From the NCBI GenBank assembly GCA_965644315.1, contig CBFFRQ010000055.1, forward strand, positions 237,650 through 301,649: 64,000 bases of DNA, given 5' to 3'. The translations under genes were made by a program, and so were the position numbers. The notes beneath the pieces are model-generated. The model saw nothing but the letters and a program-made list of their open reading frames with translations. It did not search any database and was not told where the DNA came from. Origin of the DNA: Caecitellus pseudoparvulus. Taxonomy: Eukaryota; Protista; Bigyra: Bicosoecida. Numbering within the stretch: position 1 is the stretch's first letter; every line of letters begins with the position of its first letter. Shown in pieces: positions 11,929-24,400 of the stretch.

Positions 11929-14185
11929 ATGGCGGCAGCCAGTGGAGGCGGCCCGGAGACGCTCAAGGCAGCGGTGCGAGAGGGCGTGCCGCCTCAGCTG
12001 CGCAGACAACTATGGCTTACCCTCTCCGGAGTTCATCATGATGAGACAAAGGAATACATGCATGCTTGTTCCCGGGTCTTTGGAACTGCAGACGCCTTGC
12101 CTGACAAACTCTTCAGCGTGCGTGTCGATTTCCGCAGCTGCTCACAGGCCACGCAAGCGCTGACAATGGCCCCCACAGGTTCCCTTCCTCGGAGCTGAGC
12201 CGATGACTGTGCCAGACAGTTGTGTGCACTTGTCCAAGCAGCCCAGCATGGCGATGTCCTCCGCCCATGACCGCGTCGTCTGCCTGCTCAGTTCATGCCT
12301 GGCTCTGCGGCACTGCCCCATGGTGCCACACCTGGCCATGGTGCTGCTGCACCACACCAACGAGGCAGAGACTTTCGCGATCATCAAGTCTCTGTACCGC
12401 AAGGGGGGGTTGGGTGTGGCTGGCGTCAGCTCTGTCGACACGGGTGCTGGCGGGGCGGGAAGCACGTTGCGCATGTTTCTCACAACGCAGCAGGAGGAGG
12501 CCGCCTTCGTGGAGACCTTCATCGTGAGTGGCGCTGCACGCAAGGACGCCTGCGATCCTGCACTATCTCCGCTCCCTCGGCAGGGCATGGTGAAGAACCA
12601 CTTCCCGAAGCTGCACGGCCACATCGCGGCCCTCATCAAAGCCGGCCACCACAGCGTGTCACACTGCTTCCTGAGCTGGTTCAGGGGCTTCTTCACGGGG
12701 TGGCTCCCCCATGCTGATGTCGTGCGCATTGTGGACTTGTACTTGGCCGAGGGGAGCAAGGTGCTGCTTCGTGTGGGACTGGGCTGGCTCAAGGCCCGCA
12801 AGCGGAAGGTGAGATGTGCACTGCGCCAGCGGGGTGCACACCGTGCAAGCCCCCCCCTTCTGCCTCTGTCACAGCTGAAAACCTGCGCCGACGGCCACTC
12901 GTTCGAGATGTGCCTGCGAGATTGGCCCATAGGTGGGCCCACCGCTTCGGGTGACGCTCCCTACCGACTGTCGGCCTTGCTGGCTGAGGCGTTTGCGCTG
13001 AAGCGCATCGCGAAAGCCGACATCCAACGCGCCATGGCAGCCTACCTGGAAGCCGCTAAAGACACCGCCCCCGCGAAGGTGGAGGCCCAGTGGCAGTGCC
13101 CCCTGCTCCTGCGCCCCAGCGCCCTGCTGGGGGGTGCGGGGGGGGGTACGGAGGCAGCGCTGAAGCCGCTGTACCAGCCGCCGCCCCCAAGCACATCACG
13201 CACCTCTGCCCTGGTCACGCCCACTTGGGAGTCCCGCCTGACCTTGCTGGCACCCGAGTTCCCGCCACACACCCCCTCCCAACTGGCCCAGTGGCTCTCG
13301 GACCAACCCGGCATCCCACCGTCCTCTCCCGCCGCCCCCCTCGCGGTGGGCCCATCACGTTGCTTGGCGTTGCTGCCAAGTGCCACTGCCCTGCACGCCA
13401 CCTTCCCTGCCAAGTTCAAGGCAAGCCACCTGCTGCCCGTGTACAGCAGCGCCAGCCACGTGAATTCGCTGCAGACGCTGTACGCTCACACGCACGGCAT
13501 GGCTCCCGTCGTGCTGCTGCTGCAAGTGGCAGTGGCAGTCCCTGTGATGCCCTTGCCAGCTGCTGCGGCAGCAACGGAGCCTGCAGCCACTGAGGCACCG
13601 CAAACACTCAGCGTACAGTTCACCCTGGCAGTGCTGTCCACGGCAGGGCTGCAGGCTCCAGGGCAGGGTATGCCAGGGAGCGGCTCCTGGACAGGCAGCC
13701 TGGCTGACGTGGTGTTCCAGCTGCAGCCTGAGATCGCGCGTTTTTCCACCATGTCCAGCGTCGGGCAGCGGCCTCAGTTGGGCTCTGCCTGTCTGGGCAC
13801 GCCTCACAAGCAGCGCTTCACCAAGGAGCGTTTTTTGTGGTGCAGTGACTCGGCGCTCGTGCTGGGCGGAGCTGGTGTGGGCGAAGCCGACGCTCCGGCA
13901 CTGACCCTTTCCCAGGACCTGGAGCGCTGCCGAATCAGTGGGCGGTGGCTGGCTGACCTGGGCCTCCTGGCCGGCACTGCCCCTGCACCTGACCAGCCCG
14001 CCCGTCTGCCTAGCGAAGTGTCCGGCACTGTGGGTGGTGTGGAGGCACTTGCCCTCGTGCATGCGGGCGGTGGAGTGGAGACGTTGCCGGCCCACAAGGC
14101 AGCCAAGGCGGCAGGCAATGCCGCCAAGGCCCTTGCCCTGGCAGCCCGTGCCTATGCCGAGGCGGCTGCAGTGCAGGGAGAGTAG
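11929..14185 (+). CDS. TBC1D24/Skywalker-like protein (TBC domain plus divergent TLDc domain)
   Basis: LKAAVREGVPPQLRRQLWL, HCPMVPHLAMVLLH, RIVDLYLAEGSKVLLRVGL; TLDc-like VYSSASHVNSLQTLY..LVLGG..ALTLSQDLERC. First intron about 12118-12178. Confidence 0.8.
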
Positions 14186-14267
14186 ACTGGGTGTGTGTAG
14201 CAGGACACGCAAGTCGCTCTACGTGGAAGCGGGGGGGGGTGCATTTTCCGGGCCGGGCTGCGGCGAG

Positions 14268-15130
<863 letters not shown>

Positions 15131-15266
15131 CGCACAGCGCAATGGCGTAGCCTAGCTGATGAAAGAAACAGTGCACGCAGCTTGGCCGTTGAAATGCCAT
15201 GGAGGGCGCATGGCAGTGGTGTTGGGGTTTGGCTGGCGCACGTGACTGGCGCTGACTGCATTGGCG

Positions 15267-16799
15267 TCACCCCGGCTTGCCCATTTGCCGCAGCAGGCGA
15301 CTGTACTGCGCCGTGCGCTGGCCCTTGGCGTCGCGCACGAGAATGATGTGCTGCGTTGCCCCATCCGGTACATGCATGGCTGCCTGGGGCAGGCGCTTAG
15401 CGAGGGCAGCAGACTCTGCCGCCGGCCCCGTCAGCGGCAGCGCCACGGCCGGCGCCACTGCCTGGCTTGGCCCCGGCTCATCCAGCGTGCCCTCCCAGCA
15501 CATTTCATGGCTAGTGTTGGGCGGTGGTGTCATGGCTTGGCGCGCAAGGCACACTCCGGGCGCCAAGGCGGCCGGCTCCAACGCCCACGGAGGGGGGGCG
15601 TACACACCCTCCTCCCCCCCCGCACACCCCTGCACCCTTGCGCGCTTGGTCGACTCGCCTGTCCGCGGTGACTCAGTGGCTGCGCAGGGGGAGCTCCCTG
15701 CACCCCCCTGCACCGCCCCTGGCGAGTCGCCTTGGCGCTTGCACACCATGACGAAGAACAGCACAGGCTTGCCCTGACGTGGAATGACGTCATATACTGC
15801 CACGACACGCAGCCCCGCAGCGGTCGCTGCGTCGAAGCTGCGCTGCCGATTCAAATTCGCGTTGCAAACCACGAACGTTCCGCCAGGCGCCAACCACCTG
15901 GCGGCCGCCTGGCAGTACACTTCGATGCCCCCGCGGACCTCGCTAAGGCAAGCATTCGTTTCGTTGCGGTTGGTTTGCGGTGCAGTGGCGGGGTCGAAGT
16001 AGGGGGGTGTGCCAGTGATGAGCGGGAACGCAGCCGAGGCCGGCAACGCAGCAGGGTCTCGCAGGTCACCCCGCACGACGGTGATGCGGGGAGGGGTGGC
16101 CACCTCCCCGCTGGACCCCCCCCCCATCCAGCCACAGGTCTGAGCCACGCGCGCAGAGCCCACGTTGTACGCGGCTGAACGCAGCGCCATGGCGTGGCGT
16201 GACTCCTGAGCCTCCAACCCCACGCACACCGCCTGGGGCAGGCTCCACGCCAACATGTGCAGAACGGAGCCGATGCCGCAGCCAATGTCCAAGACACGGG
16301 GGGGGTCAGCGGACCCGGGTGCGTGCCTGCAAGCCCACCAGTGCCGTGTGCCTTGGGGCGTGCCGGGCGTGCCAGGGGCCAGCCCTGCCACCGCCTGAGC
16401 TACCCACGCCGTGACAACATCGTCGGTGGAGTACCGGTGGGCGTTCACGCCCTGTAGCAGCTTCCAGTTGCCAGTCAAGAAACACACCTCCGTGTCCCCG
16501 CTATCCACAGTCTCAATGCTGCTTGTGGGCGCCACAATGTCCCCGGGCTGCCCCACCTCCGCGTGCGGGAAGGGGCCGGGAGCCAGGTACGACGAAAACT
16601 GCTTCACACTCCGGGCACGCTTGCGTTTGCGCTGGGAGCGGGGAATGTGCCCTGCACCCTTACACGCAGGACATGGCGCTCCTTTCTTCCAGCTGTGCTT
16701 GCCGCTGCCGTGGCACTTGTAGCAGGACTGCGTCGGAGTCTGCTGCACGACCGGCAAACTGCCTGCGGAAATCGCTTCTCCAGCCGCCTCGGCAGCCAT
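15267..16799 (-). CDS. Class I SAM-dependent methyltransferase, tRNA m6A37 (YfiC/TrmN6)-like, with N-terminal CxxCxGxG zinc finger
   Basis: HRYSTDD, VLDIGCGIGSV (motif I), GLEAQ, RGDLR, ITGTPPYF (motif IV-like), LAPGGTF; N-terminal CYKCHGSG..CPACKGAG. Confidence 0.8.
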   Translation of the reverse strand: MAAEAAGEAISAGSLPVVQQTPTQSCYKCHGSGKHSWKKGAPCPACKGAGHIPRSQRKRKRARSVKQFSSYLAPGPFPHAEVGQPGDIVAPTSSIETVDSGDTEVCFLTGNWKLLQGVNAHRYSTDDVVTAWVAQAVAGLAPGTPGTPQGTRHWWACRHAPGSADPPRVLDIGCGIGSVLHMLAWSLPQAVCVGLEAQESRHAMALRSAAYNVGSARVAQTCGWMGGGSSGEVATPPRITVVRGDLRDPAALPASAAFPLITGTPPYFDPATAPQTNRNETNACLSEVRGGIEVYCQAAARWLAPGGTFVVCNANLNRQRSFDAATAAGLRVVAVYDVIPRQGKPVLFFVMVCKRQGDSPGAVQGGAGSSPCAATESPRTGESTKRARVQGCAGGEEGVYAPPPWALEPAALAPGVCLARQAMTPPPNTSHEMCWEGTLDEPGPSQAVAPAVALPLTGPAAESAALAKRLPQAAMHVPDGATQHIILVRDAKGQRTAQYSRLLRQMGKPG

Positions 16800-16887
16800 G
16801 GTACAGAGCAATGGGGCACTCAGTGAAGGCAGGTGGTGCGTCAGGGACACACATGCAGTGCATTTTGGGTCAGCACGCCCCCCTGCC

Positions 16888-18111
16888 TCACGCAAGGGAG
16901 CTCCTTGCCCCCATGTTGGAGGGGTCCATGCTGGGGTACAACGCGCCGCCTGCTGGTGCTGGGCGCTCCCTCCCCCGGCGATCCACACGCGAGCCGCCTC
17001 CCCGAGGCCTGCCCGCACCCCGTGCTCCTGGCGCAGGGGGCATGGGCATGCCAGGCGGCGGCGGCATGGGCGGCAAGGGCGCGCCTCCCGCAGCCACCAG
17101 TGCCGGCGCTGGAGCTGGCGCCGGCGTCGCGGCACCACCACCAGGCGCCTTGCCTGACCGGCGAGACCAGTCCACGCGCAGCGGCTCCCCTGCCACTGTG
17201 AGCAGGGAGCCCGTGGCAGCAGCAGCCGCCTCGGCAGCCGCCCGCGACGCGAAGTCCACGAAGGCGCAGTTGGAGGCGGGCACGATGGAGACGCGAGCGA
17301 TGGGCCCATGCCCCGCCAGTGCCTCTCGCAGGGCTGTCTCGGACACGGCGTCCGACACGCCGCCAAACCACAGGGTGGTGATGGACGGGTCTGCCGGCGG
17401 CTCCAGCGCCTTCTTCGTGCCGCCCGTCTTCCACTTGTCCAGCTGGCGCGTGGCCACAGCGTCGTCCACGCCGTAAAACCGGTCGCGAATGCTGTTGTGG
17501 ATGCTCTTGCCGTCCTTGATCCAGTGAGACGGCTGCGGGCCTGTGCGGTACGGGTTGTCTGCGCCCCGCGTCCCCTCGCCCTTGGCAGCCATGGTGTCGA
17601 ACTTGGGCAGGTTCCGGGAGTAGTCTGGCCCGCGTCTGTTCCGGGCCTGCATCATGCGCAGCAGCTCAGCGTGAGCGTCGGGCGGCACGCCAGGCAACGG
17701 GTCACCCCCCGACGCTACGGCAGCCTGCATCTGGCTGGTCTGGTAGTCCTGCATGACTGCTGACGTGGCCATGGCAGTGATGCTGCCGCCGTGCTTCTTG
17801 AGGATGGCGTTGCGCACCGCCACCGGCACGCCGTACACCAGATCGTGCAGGCAGCACTGGCACACACGCTGCGACCGGGAGCAGATGTTGCACACGACAT
17901 TGACCTTGAAACGCCCCTTAGTGCCGGCCTTCCACCTGAACTCGGTCATGGGCCGTCCACAAGAGTTGCAGGCTTTGGCGGCTGGCTTGCGGGTCATGCG
18001 CACCATCGGGTTGTCGCCAAGGCACACCTCACACAGCGTTGGCTTCTTCACGTCAGCTTCCCCTGCCAGCATTGTGGGGTCTGACTTCACCCGCATGCCA
18101 CGTTCTGACAT
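16888..18111 (-). CDS. RBM22: Pre-mRNA splicing factor RBM22/Slt11 homologue
   Basis: PTLCEVCLGDNPMVRM, CNSCGRPMTEFRW, VCQCCLHDLVYGVPV, IRDRFYGVDD, RRM (TTLWFGGV..CAFVDF), C-terminal YPSMDP. Confidence 0.93.
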   Translation of the reverse strand: MSERGMRVKSDPTMLAGEADVKKPTLCEVCLGDNPMVRMTRKPAAKACNSCGRPMTEFRWKAGTKGRFKVNVVCNICSRSQRVCQCCLHDLVYGVPVAVRNAILKKHGGSITAMATSAVMQDYQTSQMQAAVASGGDPLPGVPPDAHAELLRMMQARNRRGPDYSRNLPKFDTMAAKGEGTRGADNPYRTGPQPSHWIKDGKSIHNSIRDRFYGVDDAVATRQLDKWKTGGTKKALEPPADPSITTLWFGGVSDAVSETALREALAGHGPIARVSIVPASNCAFVDFASRAAAEAAAAATGSLLTVAGEPLRVDWSRRSGKAPGGGAATPAPAPAPALVAAGGAPLPPMPPPPGMPMPPAPGARGAGRPRGGGSRVDRRGRERPAPAGGALYPSMDPSNMGARSSLA

Positions 18112-18459
18112 GATGACTGGGTGTGCGCGGTTGGCCCCGGTTCAGCTGCTGTCAACGGCACCAACCCAACGTGGGCTGACAGTCTGCGTTTCGACTGAAA
18201 CGCCGGACACTTGCGCGCCCACAGGAATCGACCGTTGAATGGTTCCCACCACAGCCGACGCGGGCAAGCAAAACCAAACTCTTTCATTCCCCATGCACCA
18301 TGCGTCGGGAGAACTTCAATTTTTGCGGTGATCGGTACACCTGCAGTATCGCAAGAACTCCACGTGCCCGCGTGCTGGCCAAACGCTATGGTCAAGCCGA
18401 ACATCTCGGGAAGCGGCATCCATCACGCACCACCTCAGAGGAGAGCATGAGAACTACAT

Positions 18460-21400
18460 TCATGCACGTCGAATAAACCCACTCTGGCCTCCCCGGTCAC
18501 TTCCCAGTTCCAGCCGCTCCACAGCACGTCGCCGCCTCATCCGCATGAGCACGTGGGCAGCCGCTGCTTTGGACTTTGCCGTGCTTCGAGGACTCTGCGA
18601 CTTTCTCACTTCTTCCACGTGTCGACGGTGGCATCTCACGCTCTGTACCTGCTCGGGGTCTACGGGGCGCCGGGGCCGCGCGAGCTCCGCTGCCTTGCTG
18701 CGCTGCTTTGCAGGGGAAACGGATGAGCGCCTTGGCGACGCGCCAGAGTGAAGCGCTTGACGGCGGGAGCTGGTGCAATCCGCTGGGGATTCCTCAAGCT
18801 TGCTTACTGAGCTTCCTTCCTGGTCCCAAGTCAACGATGAGCTTGAACTACGTCGTCGTTGTGCGTGGACCCACTCCGTGAACGCATCAAGGGTGGCATC
18901 TCGTTGTGGCATGACCACAAGCTGCTGGTGAAGATGGTCCGTGGTCTCCTGCACGAGTCGCTGCACTTGGGGGTCATCCAGAACTGCACTGCTGCGTGAG
19001 CTGGCTGCCTTGTAGGAGTCATGCTGCTCTGCTACGTGCTCTTGCACCAAGGCCGCCTTCTCACACACTTGTTTGGCACTTGCGTGAATAACAGTCAGGG
19101 CTGTGTGGGACGGAGATGGCTGTGCTGTTTCTGGAGCACTCGGAGGGCGAGCCTTGGTCGTCACCAGGCGAAGACGCTGCATCGCCTGGCCGAGCCGAAA
19201 GCCACCCAAGCCCGGTGAACCACCGCTTGTGGGCTTTGCTACCCTCCCACGGTGTTCCTTGTCTCGCGCTTGGGCCTGTGGTGGTTGCTTGGAGCGCAGG
19301 AAACGCGCCGCTTCTTCAATCGATACTGGCGCTGTCGCCACACTGTCAACTTGCGGGCCTTCCTCGGCCCCCGCAGCTTCGCCCCGCTCGTCGGACACCG
19401 CAAGCTCCACCTCAGGCAGTGCACATTCGCTCCATTCGTGCTCCTGCTCGCCTGGAATACCCTCACGCAGCGTTTTCAGCCCTGCTTCAACAGCAGACCT
19501 TGACGTAGCACCGTCCTTCAAAGTCGCCAAGCTGCAGCTCTGCAGCATGGCAGAGCTACGCGCTGCAAGGTGCTCCAGAGGTTTCAACTGCTCCACTTTG
19601 ACTTGTGCACATATCGAATGCAGCTCTCTCCCGATAAGGCTCAGAATCCGCGCAAGTTGCGACACTAGCGGCGATACTTGCTGCAGGTACTCCTCCAAGG
19701 ACAAGCCTTCCTCATGCAGCTCCTGTGCTCTTTGCCACAGGTGAAGGATGGAAGACGGTGAAACTGCAGCCATCTTGCTTGCCGACAGTGTCACGTCCCA
19801 TTCCAATGCATGAGACAGGGCTTCATTGCACTCGTTCCAAGCGGCTTCCACGAAGCTGGCCCGCTCTCCGACACGTTTGCTGTACAGCATGGCGGACCTG
19901 CATGACGCAATCTCAGTTTCAGCAATTTTGCACAGGTCTCTGAACCCACACTTCAGCACCTTGTTTAGCCACCGACACAGTTCGTGGGCACTGCAGCTGC
20001 GCGAGCAAAGAGCCAACTCGCAGCAAACAGACAGTGCGCCCGAGACCGAGCATCGGGCAGCTGCCAATGCCCTGTGTCGAGCGGCTGGGCTAGCATCAGC
20101 TGGAAGGGCAAGACAGTGTGACACATCCTCAGCCCAGGCTGAGAGACACTCAAGTGCTCTGTCTCCTCGCTCAACGGCACCTGCCAGGGCCTCATACAGC
20201 AATTCACGGTCTGGTTCAGATCCACGCATGCTGCGCACGAACGCGTCAGCTTGCGCACTGGAACCCATGGCCTGATCTCCATGAAGCACGGAATGGAGTT
20301 CCTTAGCGTGGATTCCACTCAGAGCTAAGGCCTCGTGCAGCATTGCGTGCTCAGTAATCCGCTCAGGGACATCCTGCAGTGTCGGCACGGCTGCTTGGGG
20401 GAGCTGCTTAGCGGCATCACGCATACAGCCAAGAGCGGCTGTGTGGATGGCAAGGTTCATATGATGAAGACGCTCAACAGCCTGTCTGAGTGCACTGATC
20501 GAAGCCCCTGCAGACTTGCCCGTTTGGAGTGGGGCCTGCCCGTGGCCTCGGCCCACAAGTAGGCCGTGCAGCATCTCTGCTCGATCTACGGACTTCTCAC
20601 ATGCTTCGCAGATTCTGACCACCTTGTCCAAGCATGCTTCAGAGGCAGGTATGTTGCAGCAAGCTAGACTCTCGGCAAACTCATGCAGTAGTTTTTGGGA
20701 CTGGTGAAGTGCCTTGGCAAGCACAGTTGACCCACGCACTGGCTCTGAGGCCTGCTCCCGCTCCGCATGCAGGCACGTGCAGCGGCTTTGAAGGCTGTCG
20801 AGGACGTCATGGAGTCGCTTTACATCCAGAGCACTTGCCCGCTGGGTCTCCTCCTGATCCCTACCAGCCCGCTTGGTTTGGGGAGCGACCTCGCGAGCTG
20901 ATGAAATTGCGAACTGGCGCGCTGCGGACAAACTACTCTGCTCAACGTCCGCCACTAACCCAATCACTGCTGCAACAGAAGTAGACAGCGTGGAAAGCGG
21001 TAAGATCCCAAGAATCGTTGGCGGGATGGCCCGCAGACTGCTCCAAGTGGACTCGGTTGCCTGGCCTCTTCGTGAGCGGCGCCTGCTTCTCAGGTGCGAG
21101 GTGCGAGCGTGGCGGATTTCTTGCTCGGCAGCAGCCCCTGACAGGACCAGGCCAGACACGTGCATGACTAGTGTGCTTGCCTGTTCTGGGTCCTTGATTC
21201 GCATGGTGTCGTCCTCTGGTTCAGCGCGGTCGCACTTGGGACTTGCATGCCAAAACCGTGCCACCACCCTCTGGGTGGAGGCCAGAGCCGCCCGTGAGCT
21301 GTCGACTAAGGTTTCCAGCTTGTTGATTGCCGTCTGGGATGAAAATGTTACCTCGTGTTGCTTCAGAAGAGTCACCAATTCAGCTGACTTGTCCAGCGTG

Positions 21401-24400
21401 GCCTGCGCTTCTGTCAACAACGCTGCCTGGTGCTCAATTTCGGCTGTGCGCTGCTGGGAAAAATCAGCTGCTTGCCTCACATTGGCTTCCAGCAGGTCAA
21501 CAGCTTCTTGCAGCAGTTCGACAGCCTCCTCTGCCGAAGAGACGGGCGCCTTGGCACCAACGCTGGTGCTTCGATCTCGCAGAGAGTCAGCATCTGCCTC
21601 CGTCGCTTCGAGAGCCTTGTCTGGGGAACGGTCCTGCACACTCCGCAGCAAGAGAGCCAGAACACCAGATGGAAGTGGTCCATCTTTCTCCGTGATTTCA
21701 ACTTCGTAGTCAGAGTCAGAGTCAGAGTCAGAGTCTGTGTCCTGGAAAGTCGCTGGCTGGATGTGAGGGAGCTGCGAAAACCCACCCCGGACACCGTCGA
21801 CGGCGTCTGCGGCTTGCAATTGCAGCGCTCCCGCCAAGTTGTCGAGTTTTCCAGAAAGCTTTCCATGTGCCCTTTTCAGATGCAATGCAGGGACGTCCAG
21901 GGGAGGTGAACTTGCCCCCAAAGTAGCATGGGCTGCTCCACTGGCTGCACCGCTCTGATCCGAAGCGAAGAAGCACCTGTCAACTGCCTGCAGTGCTGTC
22001 GAGAGTTTACGAAGTGGCCTCTCAAGTGGTATCAGGTGTGCTTGAACTCCTCCGGGAACCATGGACATGCACTCCGATGCCGCCTGCATCGCATGAACTG
22101 CCCTCCACGTCAGCTGAGTGTGGAGTCGCCTTCTCTCGCCCATTGCGCGACTCACAGTATGTACCTTGGCCTCGGCATCCGAAATTATACCTTTCATGAG
22201 CTGCGTCAAGCTTTCCGTGAGCTGTGATGGGACTTGAAAGCCCGCTCGAGCCATGGAGTCGGCTCCCTGCAGAGCAGAGTCACAGAGTCTCGCAAGGCAG
22301 CTGGCTTCGGCCAGCACCTCGGTATCCTCCTCAAAAAGCTGCAGTGTGCAGGCAACATTCAGCTGCTGCACTTGGCCCAGCAGGCCATGGCATCTGCTTC
22401 GCACTCTGGCAAGATCCCCGGAAAGCGTGCCCTGTGCTTTCCGAATGCAGAGACCCATCGCCACTTTCCAGGCTCTGGACTGTGCTTCCAGTGTGCTCAG
22501 CGCCTCATACACTGGCTTCCAAGCATTTGATATCCTCCCTACCGACGTTGAGTGAGCCAGTTCATCGCTGCCTGCTTGCAGAGCTGACATACAGTCCGCA
22601 CAGACTTGTCTCAGGGGAGCCGGCAGCACAGCCGGAAGGTGCAGACCGCTGTGTAGAGGTCCCCCCAGCAAGTCATTGACTGCTTGGGGTACTTCAAGCA
22701 CTTGATGTTGAGCTTGCTTCGTCTTCGAGATCCAAGCTGACAGCTTGCACAGCGCCTGCACCCCTTCTTCTCGCGTGCTGCTCGTGCTGGTCTCCAGCAT
22801 GTCCACCAGCTTCTCGGGACTGCCTTCAAGCTTTGTTTCTGCAGCGGAGAAGGCTACTTCCAAGCGCTGTCCCTCATCACAAGTTGCCTGGATCAGCGCA
22901 AGGCACTTCCTGGCATTGTCGCGCAGCACTTCTGCTGCCCCAGCCCGTGCTGAAGCAAGGTCCGATGCCTCTTGAAGTGCTCGTCTCAACTGCGCCTCGC
23001 TGCTTTCCAGGAAGTGCTCCAGGTCTTCCACAGCCAGATGTACACCTTTCCAGGTGTCTGTGGGGACTGAGACTTCGCTCCTCATGTCGTCAGGCTCAGC
23101 TGTGTGGCAGAGGAGCCGGAGCTTGTCCAGCACACCAGGCGTGGCAACCAACTCAATGGCGGACTCCGCCGCCTCGTGCAGCTGCATGTGCTCCTGCATC
23201 ATGCTTGCCAATGAAGGCTGTGCCGAGACTTCCCTGAGGGGCGCTTCCTGGAGTAACAGCTCGCTGCGGGAGCGTGCGGCGTCAAATCGCCGAACCAAGA
23301 GGGCAAGCATGCCCACTTCACGCTGAGCGGCCGCCACTCTTCGTCCAGCATCTTCCAACTGTTGCATCAGAGCTGAATGTGCCTTTTCTAGAGCCTCGGC
23401 TCGGTGGTGGCCGGAGATTGGCCGCAGCTTGTCGCCGGACTGATGCCCTTTCAGTTTCTCTGCAGCCAGCTGCATCGTGTCATTCAAGCTGCGCACAGCT
23501 TCCATAGCACCTTGCTGACCGAGGCATGGTTCATCAAGCTGCAGATCCAAAGTGATCTGGCTCAGGGACATCGCAACATTGCCTGCCTCGGCAAGTGCCG
23601 CCTGCAAAGCTGTGGCTGCCCGCTCAACGTTCTGCTGCTCTTGGCGAGACTCAGACACAGCACGAGAAAGGTCTCCAATGGAAGCTGAGCATGTCGAAAG
23701 TAAAGAAGCAAATCTCTCCGGGGGTGGAAGTCCCATTGAAACTTCGATGGTTCTGCTCACGCGCTGATCAGCACCTTCGTCCGACCTTGGATTCTTCAGC
23801 AACCTCAAGCGATCTCTCCCAGCCTGCGTATCCAGGCGCAACATGAGCAACGCCTCTTGGCATGCAGCAGCTGCATGAACCACTTGCGGAAACATTTCCA
23901 CTCCGCACTGCTGGGCTTCTTGCTGCAGCTGCTGAAACGTTAGGGCAGCTTCTTTGTGGTCGTTCTCAGCTGCAGCCAAAGCCCTCCGCCGAAGCATTGC
24001 CGCTGTCCGCGAAGCGTGTTGCTGTCGAACCTGCACACCCCGGACAATTGCCTGGAAACAGCGCGTGCCTGCCTTTAATCTCTCGTACCTCTTCATCTGC
24101 CTCCTTCTCTTCGCTTGTGCTTGGATCAACGTCGCAGCACTCGACAGGAGCTGGTTGCACGCCCTGTCCAGCATGCTCAATACATCTGCCTTGAGGAACA
24201 CTCGGGTGCGCCCAAAAGCATAGGCGCCTGGGAGTACCCCCGCCTTGACAATTGCTGGTGACTGCAGAATCGACTCGCACTGCCGTCGAAGCTGCGGCAG
24301 TGTCGCTGTGTCCAGCATCCTTGCAGCTATGGCGTCCCGCAGCGAGCGGGCAAGGAGTTCGTAGCGCTGCCCAAAGTGGAGGTAGGGAAGACGTGATGGA

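Noticed and set aside
16799-17366. N-terminal 189 aa of the 699-aa ORF 15267..17366
   Set aside because: It overlaps the RBM22 CDS in another frame; the likely true start is the ATG at 16799.
18290-18360. AATTTTTG Sm-site-like sequence followed by a hairpin (possible U4/U5 snRNA)
   Set aside because: No U5 GCCUUUUAC loop or U4/U6 pairing region upstream.
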